DNA of 64,000 bases from Trichoplax sp. H2 (Eukaryota). A program made the position numbers and the translations under genes. The notes beneath the pieces are model-generated. The model had not been told where the DNA came from. It saw only the letters and a program-made list of their open reading frames with translations, and did no database searches. The stretch lies in assembly GCA_003344405.1 (NCBI GenBank), contig NOWV01000204.1, positions 1-64,000 on the forward strand, read 5' to 3'. Positions 62,387 to 64,000 of this stretch are shown piece after piece (position 1 is the first letter of the stretch; every line of letters begins with the position of its first letter).

Positions 62387-64000
62387 CCTAAGTGAAACAT
62401 CACGAGTATCTAAGTGAGATGATCTATTGTCATAATGAAAGGAAAAGTGTCTACAATGTCTACTTTAGAGTGTTATGTACAGTATCTATCATATATATTG
62501 CAAGACAGCAGGAAGATGCAATTTGCCAGCCTTCAAAAGTAATCCAACATTGAAATGAATAGCTCAGGAGTACGTAGAAATATCAAAATTAAATTATTCT
62601 TCAGTTAACTGTCAAGCTTCCAGTAAGAATGGTAGCTTTTTTCCTTGTTGCTATAGCAATACGTATGTCAGCATCATGGAAATAGACTTATAATAAATGA
62701 CAGCCTATTCATACGTGTATAATTAAACATTTCACCACTGCCATATTATAATGCCATAGAGCAGGTTAATAAATTGAGGCAAATGATCAGAGAAAAAATA
62801 GCTGTCGGAACAACGTCGATGGTACTTGAAATTCTTACTAAATCATTTCTATTCACAACGACTTGGCAATGTAAAGCGGCTATCTTAAATATATCAAATA
62901 TTATTCGTCTAATGGTGTAATAGAATGATATGATTAAACATAAATCAGTAGGCAGAAATAGGCCATTTTTTAATTCTTCGAGTGCCAGTCTATCCTTACG
63001 CGTACAGTATTGAGTATTTCAATGTGTTAATTTTATACACACTATTTTCCAAATCATTCGGAGATGATGATAAATGACTGTTCTCTATAATGATGAAAAT
63101 CTTTTTTAAAAATCCATACAACTAATTTTCTACGATGAAAAAATAAGAGGTGCAATTACTATGCACTTGCACTTGTTACTTCTCATCAATAATATACTCT
63201 TAATTTTCGTCCAAGAACGATCTTATATCTCGTTAACCTTAATTTAATTCCTAGAAATGACTACACTACCAGTTTAAAAGCTATGAATTAAATATTTTAT
63301 TAGGTCTTAATTTTACAGTACAGTATATGCATAGGATAGTCACCGATGATTCCGAGATTTCGAAATAAGTCAAAAAAGGTTAAAAGTCTTGCCATGATGG
63401 AAAGGACGATGAAGAATAATATAAAATCCGTCAATGCTGTCAATCTCAATAGCACAACGATACTTGAAGAGGGTAAACGCAATAGTAATGCTGCGATTGA
63501 TTAATTAATTAATGTACTGTAATTGCTATTATTATCAAGACATTAAGAATGAATCTTATCTTTCTACGAACTTGTAGAATAATGCATAAATACATGATAA
63601 AAGGCTTCGAACATAAAATTTTCAACATTTTTTCAACTGTTATCTTCCTTTATCTTATTCTTGGTAACGAATGATTATTGGCAATTGGAAATATCAATGA
63701 TAACATAATTGTAATCATCCTGAACATTAATTTTTACTAGATAGTATGATTGTACTGTTACAGAGGGAACATCAAGTTGGATAAACAGCAATAGGGTGAT
63801 CAAGAGCTGGAGAAAAGTTACCTGATGAATTGGAAAAGATGTAAGCATTTACTCTTCCAGGAAGTTGAATTAGTAGCAACTAAGATACGATGACAGTATA
63901 CTGGACTAATTATAGTGTTTGCGTTGGTCATAGCGAGACCATATGCTTTCCCAATGCAATTATCATCTATATGCAAGCATAGCTGTGGAATCCATGCTGT

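Noticed and set aside
63763..63840. Plus-strand exon-like segment with good splice signals
   Set aside because: Stops in all three frames and no partner exons.

Overview
AT-rich, compact, intron-dense animal genomic DNA with mostly short introns (about 70-300 bp). The style and gene set suggest an early-branching metazoan such as a placozoan (inference only). I assembled these gene models by hand from splice sites: a death-domain exon (+), a mitochondrial-clan cytochrome P450 pseudogene (-), DNAJA3/Tid1 (+), a diaphanous formin (-) with two AT-AC minor-spliceosome introns, a TDRD3-like gene (+) lacking UBA and Tudor domains and carrying a tandem exon array, FANCB (-), PLK4 (+), a two-domain soluble epoxide hydrolase EPHX2 (-) with a degenerate phosphatase active site, and the 3' part of a dystrophin-like gene (-). 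Three intergenic blocks (about 5.1-8.3, 23.1-24.8 and 34.8-37.8 kb) look like heavily decayed Penelope-like retroelements (RT plus GIY-YIG). Each contains a well-conserved internal tandem array of 150-320 bp units. There are no CRISPR arrays, rRNA or tRNA genes. All family calls come from recognising motifs by eye, not from database searches.
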